Positions 55,014 to 63,096 of a stretch of DNA of 64,000 nt are shown here, in pieces. The notes beneath the pieces are model-generated. The model was not told the origin of the DNA. It searched no databases and was given only the letters and a program-made list of their open reading frames with translations. The stretch lies in IMG/VR virus record IMGVR_UViG_3300022591_000002; one strand, given 5' to 3'. Position numbers and translations under genes: made by a program. The first letter of the stretch is position 1, and every line of letters begins with the position of its first letter. The DNA is from a virus. Its lineage: Duplodnaviria > Caudoviricetes.

Positions 55014-55351
55014 GTAAGCCACTTCCATATTCAAACGCTCTTGCAAATTTTTGTAAAGCATTTGAAGCTATTCCTGAGCCTAGCCAAAGAAGATTTCGTA
55101 GAATGGTCAGTAGTCCAATTAATTGGGAACAAGATTCGAGCATTCCATACGGGTCTGCAAAATATGAAGAAGTCGAAGCCGTAGCAATACATATTCCAAT
55201 TTATAAGTTAGATGAATTTGTAAATTCTATTCCAGAACAACATTATAAAGAAATGGAGATACGTATGCGTGTACCAGCAGTTAAGCTAGCATATGAGCGT
55301 TATCAAATGTTGTTAAAGATGTGTGGTGGAGATTACGATGCCGGATATTGA
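55010..55351 (+). CDS. Hypothetical protein coupled to the mini-DnaE gene
   Basis: 113 aa, overlapping both neighbours. Confidence 0.55.
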   Translation: MSKPLPYSNALANFCKAFEAIPEPSQRRFRRMVSSPINWEQDSSIPYGSAKYEEVEAVAIHIPIYKLDEFVNSIPEQHYKEMEIRMRVPAVKLAYERYQMLLKMCGGDYDAGY

Positions 55352-55913
55352 TATTGACTTTGCTGATAGAAATTTAATCTTAGATAAGATTAAACACATC
55401 CCTGCGGCAAGAATTGATGGTGACATCAAGAAGCACAATACAGGAGTTTACTGTCATCAAATTCCAATGAATCCGCTAACAGGACTTGCCAGCATTGACT
55501 ATGAAGAAGCAGAAGAACGTCAGTACTTCAAAATAGACTTTCTAAATGTAAACATATATGCAGGTGTTAAAAATGAAGAACACCTTAAAAAACTAATGGA
55601 GACGGAACCGCTATGGGATCTACTGGAACAGGACGACTTTACGAATCTGCTCTTTCACGTGAATGGGCACGGGAGCGTATTGAGAAAAATGAAGCCGAGA
55701 AGTATAGAACAGCTTGCGGCCGTACTGGCCGTCATAAGACCAGCAAAGAGACATTTGATAGGGAAACCGTGGGACGAAGTACTACAGGATGTTTGGATCA
55801 AGCCAACGACTGATGAATATTACTTTAAGAAGGCTCACGCAGTTGCTTATGCGGCGGCCATTGTAGTGCAGATGAATTTAATTTGCGAAGGTATTAGCTA
55901 CGGGTTTTCTTAG
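55338..55913 (+). CDS. Minimal DNA polymerase III alpha (DnaE/family C)-like catalytic core
   Basis: After a GGAG SD the ORF starts MPDIDIDF (DnaE PDxDxDF, two catalytic Asp). Then KHNTGVY (HAAGVV), FKIDFLNV (third Asp, KxDFLG), PRSIEQLAAVLAVIRP (P..FEDM.AL.AL.RP) and YFKKAHAVAY (GFNKSHSAAY). Only 191 aa. Confidence 0.85.
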   Translation: MPDIDIDFADRNLILDKIKHIPAARIDGDIKKHNTGVYCHQIPMNPLTGLASIDYEEAEERQYFKIDFLNVNIYAGVKNEEHLKKLMETEPLWDLLEQDDFTNLLFHVNGHGSVLRKMKPRSIEQLAAVLAVIRPAKRHLIGKPWDEVLQDVWIKPTTDEYYFKKAHAVAYAAAIVVQMNLICEGISYGFS

Positions 55914-56292
55914 GAGCACGTACTAATTGTATTGATTTGCGTTTGATACGCTTTTCTGCTATTTCGCTCAAATTTACACTTGGCCCAAATATTAGTGTTA
56001 CATCTTTGCTGTTAAAAGTTTTGATGTAGGGCCTAAAAATAGTCATTTCTGCTTTTAGGAAAATGTTGATAGGAATCTTACGATTACTTTCCCACCACCA
56101 TGTATCACCTAATTCTAAGAAACTTTGCTTTTCAAAATCTGTACGGATTATGCCGAAATCGTAAATGCTAGTAACGTTATTATCTAAGTTTAAGATGATG
56201 CCGATATACTCTTCTTCGTTGCATTTTATACAACTGATAAAGGGAAAATTCTTCTGAAATTCTTGGTCTTTGTTACTCTTTGATATCGCCAT
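55894..56292 (-). CDS. Conserved hypothetical protein
   Basis: 132 aa (FPFISC...EYIGII.N.D..VTSIYD...WWWESNRKIPI). Minus-strand TATAAATA at 56321-56328. Confidence 0.65.
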   Translation of the reverse strand: MAISKSNKDQEFQKNFPFISCIKCNEEEYIGIILNLDNNVTSIYDFGIIRTDFEKQSFLELGDTWWWESNRKIPINIFLKAEMTIFRPYIKTFNSKDVTLIFGPSVNLSEIAEKRIKRKSIQLVRAPKKTRS

Positions 56293-56302
56293 AAATATGT
56301 AT

Positions 56303-57244
56303 ATGTTAAAACTACCAGTCTATTTATATACCAACCGTTACCAGATATTACTAGATTTGGACACAAATCAAGGAGTTAACCGCGTCATGTACCAAAGAAA
56401 CTTAACAATTCAAAAAGGATTGAAAAATAGCATTCAAATCCAATTTAAAAACAGTGATCAAAAGGCTGTGCCTGTTCACAACATGACATTCATGTTCAAC
56501 ATGTTCAACTCTTTAGACAACACTCAATTGTTAAGCAAGCGATTAGAAATACTTGATGACGGTGCAACAACTAACACACGTGGTTTGGCATTATTGACAA
56601 TTACAGAAAGCGATACACTCGACTTACAGGCATCTGCATACAACTTCAGCGTAACGGCACTAGATGAAGATGGCGCATACACTCCTGCATATTCAAACAC
56701 CTACTATGGCGTCAGCGGTACAGCTGAAGTTAGAAATGATGTTAATCCAGTTCTAAAGCCAACAGCAGAAATTACTAATTTTCAAGTGTTTAGAAACCCT
56801 AATCCAGATGCACTACGTTATGAATTCTATAGCGGAGACATTCCAGCTAACGCAGGATTTAAGAGCAATGAAGGCTTACATACTGCGGCAATCTACATGG
56901 ACGGATTTTCAGGCACGTTAGAAGTGCAGGTTAGTTTATCCAATAGTCCTGCCAATCCAGGTAACGCCAATCAGAATTTTACCAGCATACAGAGTTTAGA
57001 CTCTGGTGCAATCAACAATGATTTTGTCACAGTGAATTCACTAACATACGACAACTTCACTGGCATTGATTACGTCAATTGGACAGGTAACTGGACCTAT
57101 GTACAGTTCAAATGGGTACCAATGCCAACTACTGAATTTGGTAATCTAAACAACTTTATACCACCAGGTGGTATCAACAACCCACTAATTAATCAACCGT
57201 TTTATCCAACCGGAAAGATTGACAAGATCCTCTACAGAAGCTAA
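56303..57244 (+). CDS. Putative virion structural protein (BppU/Ig-like N-terminal domain)
   Basis: LTIQKGLKNSIQIQFKNSDQK...GLALLTITESDTLDL...YNFSV resembles baseplate upper-protein N-domains. TAAATA lies 5 nt before the ATG at 56303. Confidence 0.5.
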   Translation: MLKLPVYLYTNRYQILLDLDTNQGVNRVMYQRNLTIQKGLKNSIQIQFKNSDQKAVPVHNMTFMFNMFNSLDNTQLLSKRLEILDDGATTNTRGLALLTITESDTLDLQASAYNFSVTALDEDGAYTPAYSNTYYGVSGTAEVRNDVNPVLKPTAEITNFQVFRNPNPDALRYEFYSGDIPANAGFKSNEGLHTAAIYMDGFSGTLEVQVSLSNSPANPGNANQNFTSIQSLDSGAINNDFVTVNSLTYDNFTGIDYVNWTGNWTYVQFKWVPMPTTEFGNLNNFIPPGGINNPLINQPFYPTGKIDKILYRS

Positions 57245-57247
57245 AAT
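57219..57247 (+). promoter_or_regulatory. sigma70-type promoter for primase-helicase
   Basis: TTGACA (57219-57224), a 17-nt spacer, then TAAAAT (57242-57247). The ATG is 6 nt after the -10 box and there is no SD. Confidence 0.8.
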
Positions 57248-57253
57248 AGTTGC

Positions 57254-58246
57254 ATGAATCTGATTCAGGCAACCTTAACAGCATCCTTACCATCAAAAAG
57301 AAAACAAACTCCTAGCGGGTGGATTTCTTTCAATGCGCCTTGCTGTCATCACAGAGGTGAGAAAGCAGACAAACGTAAACGTGGCGGCATTTTAATGAAC
57401 GCTGATGGTTTCCAGTTTCACTGTTTCAACTGCGGATTCAAGGCAGGATGGCAACCTGGAAAATTACTGAGCAAGAACACAAAAGATCTATTCCGCTGGA
57501 TTGGTGTTGCTGACTCAGATGTATCGAAATGTGCAATGGAAGCACTCAAGAGTAGAGATGAGATCCAACAAGCACCAGTACCAAAGCATTTTGTAATTGA
57601 GCCTAGAGAGTTACCTCCTAACTCAATGCCAATGTTAGAATTGCTTGAAAATGGTTGTACAGAAACAGAATTTTTAGATGCTGTCGAATATCTAATAAAC
57701 AGAAAAATTGACCTAGACTGGTTTGACTTTCACTGGACTGATGAAGCAGGATACAAAGACCGAGTGATTGTGCCTTTTTACTTAGAAGGCAAGGTTGTAG
57801 GCTACACAGGCAGAAAAATTCGTGAAGGCACACCAAAATATTTGACTCACGTTAGTCCAGGCTATGTGTTCAACTTAGACAATCAAACCGATGACAGGCA
57901 GTATGTGATTGTAGTCGAAGGACAATTTGATGCTATTGCCGTCGATGGAGTGGCCATTGGTCATAATGAACCAAATGAGGCACAAATTGCCAGAATTAAC
58001 CAACTAGGTAAGACCGTGATTGTTGTTCCTGATCAAGACAAGCCAGGTGCTACAATGATTAAGATTGCACTGGAACAAAACTGGTTAGTAAGTTTGCCCG
58101 AGTGGGGAGACGATGTTAAAGACGTTGCAGACGCTGTTAAGAAATATGGCAGAATTTACACACTTTTCACGATTTTGCAGTACCGTGAGACGAATGAGAT
58201 AAAAATACAACTACTAAAGAAAAAACTAGAGAAACACAATGGCTGA
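57254..58246 (+). CDS. DNA primase (T4 gp61/DnaG-like)
   Basis: Zn-binding CCHH...HCFNC, then RVIVPF...GYTGR, PKYL and TOPRIM motifs VVEGQFDA and VPDQD. Confidence 0.9.
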   Translation: MNLIQATLTASLPSKRKQTPSGWISFNAPCCHHRGEKADKRKRGGILMNADGFQFHCFNCGFKAGWQPGKLLSKNTKDLFRWIGVADSDVSKCAMEALKSRDEIQQAPVPKHFVIEPRELPPNSMPMLELLENGCTETEFLDAVEYLINRKIDLDWFDFHWTDEAGYKDRVIVPFYLEGKVVGYTGRKIREGTPKYLTHVSPGYVFNLDNQTDDRQYVIVVEGQFDAIAVDGVAIGHNEPNEAQIARINQLGKTVIVVPDQDKPGATMIKIALEQNWLVSLPEWGDDVKDVADAVKKYGRIYTLFTILQYRETNEIKIQLLKKKLEKHNG

Positions 58247-59678
58247 TCAAATTACCAACTATACCTACGACATTCAAAAACTTTATATCGAAATGTTTAT
58301 GAGCGATGCTGACACGTTCATGCGTTGTGCAAACATCTTTGAGCCTGAGAATTTTGACAGAAAATTGCAGGAACCTGCGAGCTTTATTAAAAAGTATGTA
58401 GACGAATATAAGGTAATGCCGGAGCCGCAGATTGTTAATGCCAGCTGTGGATTGGACTTGAATCCAGCGGCATTGCCAAAAGAAAACTACGAATGGCTGA
58501 TGAATGAATTTGAGAATTTTTCACGTCATAAGGGGTTAGAAAGGGCAATTTTAAAATCAGCTGACTTGCTGGAAAAAGGCGAGTACTTTCCAGTTGAGAA
58601 ATTAATCAAAGACGCAATTCAGATTAGTTTGAACAAGGACATGGGTACAAACTACTTTGAAGATCCGAGACAGCGACTTGAAAGTTTGAAGAACTCAAAC
58701 GGTCAAATTAGCACTGGTTGGCCATCAATTGACAAGAAATTGTATGGTGGATTTAATCGAGGTGAATTGAACATTTGGTGTGCGGCGTCAGGTGGCGGTA
58801 AGTCATTGTTCCTTGCAAACTTAGGATGTAACTGGGCCTGTAACGGTTTAAATGTTTTATACTTAACATTCGAATTGAGTGAAAATTTAGTGGCGATGCG
58901 TATGGATAGTATGATGACTGACATTCCAACTCGCGAAATTTTTAAGAGTCTTGATGACGTTGAACTTAAGGTTAAGATGCTGGGCAAGAAGTCTGGTAGC
59001 GTACAAATCAAGTATATGCCATCAGGTAAAAATGCAAATGACATCCGTGCATATTTGAAAGAATATCACGTGAAAAAAGGCTATGAGCCAGACATTATTT
59101 TGATTGACTATTTGGACTTGATGATGCCTATGTCAGTTAAAGTTAGTCCAAGTGACTTGTTCGTTAAGGACAAATATGTGTCAGAAGAGTTGCGTAACTT
59201 GGCAATGGAAACACAGGCAATTGTGTGTACTGCTAGTCAGTTAAATCGCTCGGCTGTTGAAGAAATTGAATTTGATCACAGTCATATCTCAGGTGGCTTA
59301 TCTAAGATTCAAACAGCAGATAACGTGATTGGTATTTTTACAAGTCGTGCAATGAAGGAACGTGGACGCTATCAAATCCAGTTTATGAAGACACGTAACT
59401 CATCAGGTGTAGGTCAGAAAGTTGACTTGGAATTTGACGTTGATACACTGAAAATTAAAGACTTGGGTGATGATGAGCAGGGTAATGCAGGTAGTGGATT
59501 TAAATCACAGGGCTCAACTATCTATGAAAACCTAAAGAGAACTTCTGCAAATATTGATCAATCTACTGGGGAAATTAAAGATCCTAATGAAGGCGTATCA
59601 GTAAACAAGATTAAGACTAAAACTGGACAGGCAGGCATTCACGCTATCCTAGCAGGCTTAAATTCTGAGAAAGATTAA
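58239..59678 (+). CDS. Replicative DnaB-like helicase (T4 gp41-like)
   Basis: STGWPSIDKKLYGG, Walker A ASGGGKS, LIDYLDL, TASQLNR and KTRN. Confidence 0.93.
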   Translation: MADQITNYTYDIQKLYIEMFMSDADTFMRCANIFEPENFDRKLQEPASFIKKYVDEYKVMPEPQIVNASCGLDLNPAALPKENYEWLMNEFENFSRHKGLERAILKSADLLEKGEYFPVEKLIKDAIQISLNKDMGTNYFEDPRQRLESLKNSNGQISTGWPSIDKKLYGGFNRGELNIWCAASGGGKSLFLANLGCNWACNGLNVLYLTFELSENLVAMRMDSMMTDIPTREIFKSLDDVELKVKMLGKKSGSVQIKYMPSGKNANDIRAYLKEYHVKKGYEPDIILIDYLDLMMPMSVKVSPSDLFVKDKYVSEELRNLAMETQAIVCTASQLNRSAVEEIEFDHSHISGGLSKIQTADNVIGIFTSRAMKERGRYQIQFMKTRNSSGVGQKVDLEFDVDTLKIKDLGDDEQGNAGSGFKSQGSTIYENLKRTSANIDQSTGEIKDPNEGVSVNKIKTKTGQAGIHAILAGLNSEKD

Positions 59679-60259
59679 AATAGTTCAGCTATTTTATTAT
59701 TAACACATTCTTCAATGGCACGTTGCCATTGCTCTTCGCCGGATCCAGACAATACTAGTTCAGTGGTTGCTTTCGTAGTTAACCATTGATGGTCTGGAGT
59801 CCACGGCGGAATTCCACTTTGTTCGCCATCTAGTTGCCCAGCACTCCAAGCCGCTAATCCAACCCCAATGCGCCACATTTCTGGACCTTCATCTGCGGCT
59901 ATTGCGGCCAACACACTCATCTCGCCCGTAATACCTAAATCTTCAGTAATTTGAATAGTACTGCTGGAAAACCAATCCATCGTGTGTACTACGTGTACAC
60001 GAGTTTGTTCTACAGGGCCACCTAAATAAACTGGTCCGCCCTTACCCGGAATTTTTAACAAACGTTCTGGATAATCTATACCTGCCGCACTCATAACTGT
60101 TTGCATGCCAACTTGTGATGCTTCTTTGTTGACCACAACTCCCCACGCTCCGGCTGGTCCGTGTTGTGCTATTATTACTACTGATTTTTGAAAGTGTCCG
60201 TTACTATTTTTAGGTTGTGAAACTAACACTTGTCCCGCTAGGCTTTTAAATGTACTCAT
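59675..60259 (-). CDS. YqgE/AlgH (DUF179) family protein
   Basis: F.KSVVII.QH...GAWGVVVNK, YLGGPVEQ and G.A.WSAGQL..E motifs. Confidence 0.85.
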   Translation of the reverse strand: MSTFKSLAGQVLVSQPKNSNGHFQKSVVIIAQHGPAGAWGVVVNKEASQVGMQTVMSAAGIDYPERLLKIPGKGGPVYLGGPVEQTRVHVVHTMDWFSSSTIQITEDLGITGEMSVLAAIAADEGPEMWRIGVGLAAWSAGQLDGEQSGIPPWTPDHQWLTTKATTELVLSGSGEEQWQRAIEECVNNKIAELF

Positions 60260-60264
60260 AACAA

Positions 60265-60281
60265 TATTTAACCCATAAATA
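60265..60281. promoter_or_regulatory. Back-to-back divergent late promoters (TATTTA-N5-TAAATA)
   Basis: The motifs lie 5 nt before the YqgE ATG (minus strand) and 7 nt before the nucleotidyltransferase ATG (plus strand). The geometry matches 33188-33204. Confidence 0.65.
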
Positions 60282-60288
60282 CATTATC

Positions 60289-60975
60289 ATGAACATCTTT
60301 GAGTTTCAACCGCCCGTAGCAGTACACAATAGACTTAATCCTAAACTATGGATTAATCGTCGTCTACGTAAAGACGTATACAAAGCCCTAATGCGTATTG
60401 CAGGCGAGTTTTACAAGAGCCTAAACATCAATGTCAAGCCCGTTGATATATTAATTACAGGAAGCCAAGTTAACTATAACTACGGCCCGGATTCGGACTT
60501 AGACCTTCACCTAGTAGTAGACTTTAGAAGCGTAGACTGCGAAGGTGGAGCACGTGAACTGTTTGATACAAAGCGCAATATTTGGAACCAGGATCACGAT
60601 ATTACTATTCACGATATAGATGTAGAATGCTATGTCGAGGATATCAACGATAAGACTGTTAGTGCTACATATAGCCTACTGCACAATCGTTGGTTAGAAG
60701 AGCCCCCAGAACCTGAAACGGATTTTGATGAAGATCTAATCAAGAACTATACTCAGCACTGGGAACATAAAATTGATCAAGCTGTTGAAACCGGTAGCTT
60801 GAGCAAGTGTCGTAAAACACGCATGGACCTGAAGAAGTTTAGAGTTAAAAGTCTAGCCAAGGGCGGCGAGTATGATGAGGGCAATCTTGCTTTCAAAGCA
60901 CTTCGCAACTCGGGCTATATTGAAAAACTAATGTCAGCTATTCGTCACTACGATGATAAACGTTTAAGTATATAA
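60289..60975 (+). CDS. Pol-beta superfamily nucleotidyltransferase
   Basis: ITGSQVNYNYGPDSDLDLH (GS...DxD) and VECYVED, followed by a helical C-terminal domain (NLAFKALRNSGYIEKL). Confidence 0.8.
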   Translation: MNIFEFQPPVAVHNRLNPKLWINRRLRKDVYKALMRIAGEFYKSLNINVKPVDILITGSQVNYNYGPDSDLDLHLVVDFRSVDCEGGARELFDTKRNIWNQDHDITIHDIDVECYVEDINDKTVSATYSLLHNRWLEEPPEPETDFDEDLIKNYTQHWEHKIDQAVETGSLSKCRKTRMDLKKFRVKSLAKGGEYDEGNLAFKALRNSGYIEKLMSAIRHYDDKRLSI

Positions 60976-60987
60976 AAAGGAAAAACC

Positions 60988-61209
60988 ATGAAAAAGTTTT
61001 TAATCGCATTAAACATTGTAATTTGGAGTCTTGTTGCGTTTGAAGTGGCACACGCTGAACCAGCGAAAAAACCAGTAGCCGCTAAGAAGGCCGCTAAGAA
61101 AGCAGAAGCACCTAAAAAGGAGCATCCAAAATACGAACACCAGAAAGCAGAAAAGAAGAAAGTTCCATTGCGCGATAACAGCCCAATGCCAACTCCTCCA
61201 GGAAAATAA
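60988..61209 (+). CDS. Small secreted Lys/Ala/Pro-rich protein with signal peptide
   Basis: MKK, a hydrophobic core and an AHA cleavage motif, then a basic low-complexity tail. AAGGA SD. Confidence 0.65.
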   Translation: MKKFLIALNIVIWSLVAFEVAHAEPAKKPVAAKKAAKKAEAPKKEHPKYEHQKAEKKKVPLRDNSPMPTPPGK

Positions 61210-61225
61210 TCCTGCAATTCAAAAG

Positions 61226-61254
61226 AAAAGCACAGTTAACGCTGTGCTTTTTTT
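61226..61254. terminator. Bidirectional rho-independent terminator
   Basis: AAAAGCACAG-ttaacg-CTGTGCTTTT(TTT), between convergent genes. Confidence 0.85.
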
Positions 61255-61286
61255 ACGGCTAAGCATAGACCTAGCTAAAATTCTTG

Positions 61287-61356
61287 AGGTTCAAAACTGT
61301 TCTTTTTGACGTCATTTAGGTTCAATTTTGATGTCTTTTTGAACCTAAACGGTTCA
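61287..61356. repeat. Cluster of short direct/inverted repeats (AGGTTCAA)
   Basis: AGGTTCAA at 61287 and 61318, its inverse TTGAACCT at 61339 and GGTTCA at 61351. There is a perfect 11-bp inverted repeat at 61315-61325 / 61339-61349. Confidence 0.7.
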
Positions 61357-61359
61357 GTT

Positions 61360-61710
61360 TTAAGTGGTTTGATGCCAGGGCGGCGCAACGTTAGCATTGA
61401 CCGTAGACTGCATATCTGCCTGGTTTAGCTGTACAATTAGTCGATCTGTAATTGTAGTAATAGCATCTTCATCTATTTGCTCTTCTACCCATTGTAGAGC
61501 CTGTTCTGGTGTAATTGATTCAAAGGGCACAAACTCGCCAGGCACAGGTGCTGGAAAATCCACATAACCGTAGAATGGTGCAGAGTTGCCCAAGTTGTCC
61601 TTGCCTATGATTGTAAAGAATGCTTTGGTTACTACGTTTTCAAATCCGTTCAATTCCGGAGTACGTTCAAAACGTTCGATAACCCATTCAAATGTATACT
61701 GTTTGTCCAT
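61360..61710 (-). CDS. Small phage protein of the type found beside fibre genes
   Basis: YTFEW.I..FE....NG..NVV......G.D....F..F..IT.EQ...WV pattern. GAGG SD and minus-strand TAAATA at 61728-61733. Confidence 0.6.
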   Translation of the reverse strand: MDKQYTFEWVIERFERTPELNGFENVVTKAFFTIIGKDNLGNSAPFYGYVDFPAPVPGEFVPFESITPEQALQWVEEQIDEDAITTITDRLIVQLNQADMQSTVNANVAPPWHQTT

Positions 61711-61745
61711 AATATATCCTCTTCCAATATTTAGTTAAATATAAG

Positions 61746-62177
61746 ATGTTCCCAACAACTATTATTTCAGCTTTCAGCAACAATGCCAATCGTCTAGTCG
61801 AAACCGAACCTTTTGTGCTTACAGAAGCGGCATTGGCAGAATTTGGTATTGAAGTCAACCGCCGTCACATGCCACAAGACGGACGCACAGGGCGTTCAGT
61901 GCTAGTAGGACAAGTTGAAATGGATTTCCTACAAAAGGCTTGGGACGTACTATTAGAGTTTCAACACTTTAAACAAATGGATGATCTAATGCGCCGTCGC
62001 TATCAGTGGCACGGGCATGTCTGCTTAGATCAAACGGTCAAAATCCGCTTGGATATGGTTCGCTACGAGCCAGCTCTAGGTTGTGTCAATGTATGGTGGG
62101 ATTGCAGTCTGGTTGACGCAGACACCGACTCTGTGTTATGCTCATATCAACGATGCCAGCGTTGGTATACAGAGTAA
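61746..62177 (+). CDS. Hypothetical protein, possibly hotdog (thioesterase/dehydratase) fold
   Basis: TAAATA 4 nt before the ATG. A central helix is followed by alternating beta-strands (YQWHGHVCLDQTVKIRLD). The fold call is weak. Confidence 0.4.
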   Translation: MFPTTIISAFSNNANRLVETEPFVLTEAALAEFGIEVNRRHMPQDGRTGRSVLVGQVEMDFLQKAWDVLLEFQHFKQMDDLMRRRYQWHGHVCLDQTVKIRLDMVRYEPALGCVNVWWDCSLVDADTDSVLCSYQRCQRWYTE

Positions 62178-62209
62178 ATATACGCACTTAATTACAACTA
62201 GAGGATACT

Positions 62210-63034
62210 ATGGATTTACAGCCTTTGGGCCCTTATCAGCCCGCACCTTGGAAGCCAGGACAACCTGCAACATTTAGCCAAACATGGACATTTGGCGATA
62301 TCATCTACTCACTAATTCCTATTAAACTATTAGGTGGCGGTGAATTCTACTTGCGCCTAGAAAACCTAGACACACTTTGCCGTGATGTTATTGGATGGCC
62401 CGATGGTGGTACGCACTCAGGTCGTATGACCCAAAAAGACTTTGATCTTCTAGCACCGCTTATCGAAGCACAGCCATACATTAAAAAGTGGGCTCCATGG
62501 AACGGTGAAGCTATCACTCATCCACTGGACAACATCTGCTGTTGGTTCTACGGTAACGTACATGACAAAGGTCACTATGGACGCATCTACGCACACGCTG
62601 TGGGCCTAGATCCAGATCAGTGGGAACCAGCTGTTACCCAGCCTTGGTTGTACAATGTCAAGCCCAGAGACTTGGGTAGCAAGCGTATGGTTATCAGTAA
62701 AACTGATCGCTATGGTAACGGACAAATTGCTCCAGCATGGCAACGTTTCAAAGAGTCAGGTTGGAATGAGCAGGCCTACTTTGTAGGTACAGCTGAAGAA
62801 CACTCAAACTTCCAAGACGACTTTAAACTAAAGATTGAGCACTACAAGACCAACGACTTGCTAGAGCTAGCAGAAGTAATTGCAGGCTCACAGTTATATA
62901 TTGCTAACCAATCAGTGGGTATGGCAATTGCTCAAGGATTGGGAGTAGCGTTCTGGTGTGATTATCGTAAAGATAACTGTACGCTAGAAGGTTGCGAAAC
63001 TTACTTTAAACGAGATAATGGATTTTATTTCTAA
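62210..63034 (+). CDS. GT-B glycosyltransferase (family 9/heptosyltransferase-like)
   Basis: N-terminal FGDIIYSL and C-terminal LLELAEVIAGSQLYIANQSVGMAIAQGLG (GT9-like L..L..II..A..FIGNDS...H.A.ALG). TAAATA at 62175-62180 and a GAGG SD. Confidence 0.65.
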   Translation: MDLQPLGPYQPAPWKPGQPATFSQTWTFGDIIYSLIPIKLLGGGEFYLRLENLDTLCRDVIGWPDGGTHSGRMTQKDFDLLAPLIEAQPYIKKWAPWNGEAITHPLDNICCWFYGNVHDKGHYGRIYAHAVGLDPDQWEPAVTQPWLYNVKPRDLGSKRMVISKTDRYGNGQIAPAWQRFKESGWNEQAYFVGTAEEHSNFQDDFKLKIEHYKTNDLLELAEVIAGSQLYIANQSVGMAIAQGLGVAFWCDYRKDNCTLEGCETYFKRDNGFYF

Positions 63035-63096
63035 ACACGACATTTGGGTACTGTACATGTTCATAGTGGTGTTTGCCATTACACGTGCAGTACACT

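Noticed and set aside
43811-59678. Inteins or introns in terminase, UvsX, UvsW, primase or helicase
   Set aside because: Lengths are normal and motifs are contiguous. I saw no C...HN intein ends or LAGLIDADG motifs.
61287-61356. Possible mini-CRISPR array
   Set aside because: The repeats are only 8-9 nt blocks with 6-8 nt spacers. There are no 25-40 nt repeats with unique spacers and no cas genes.
33996-63096. tRNA or other structured RNA genes in intergenic gaps
   Set aside because: All gaps are at most 150 nt and were read by eye. I found no cloverleaf or GTTCGA T-loop with an acceptor stem; the hairpins are explained as terminators.
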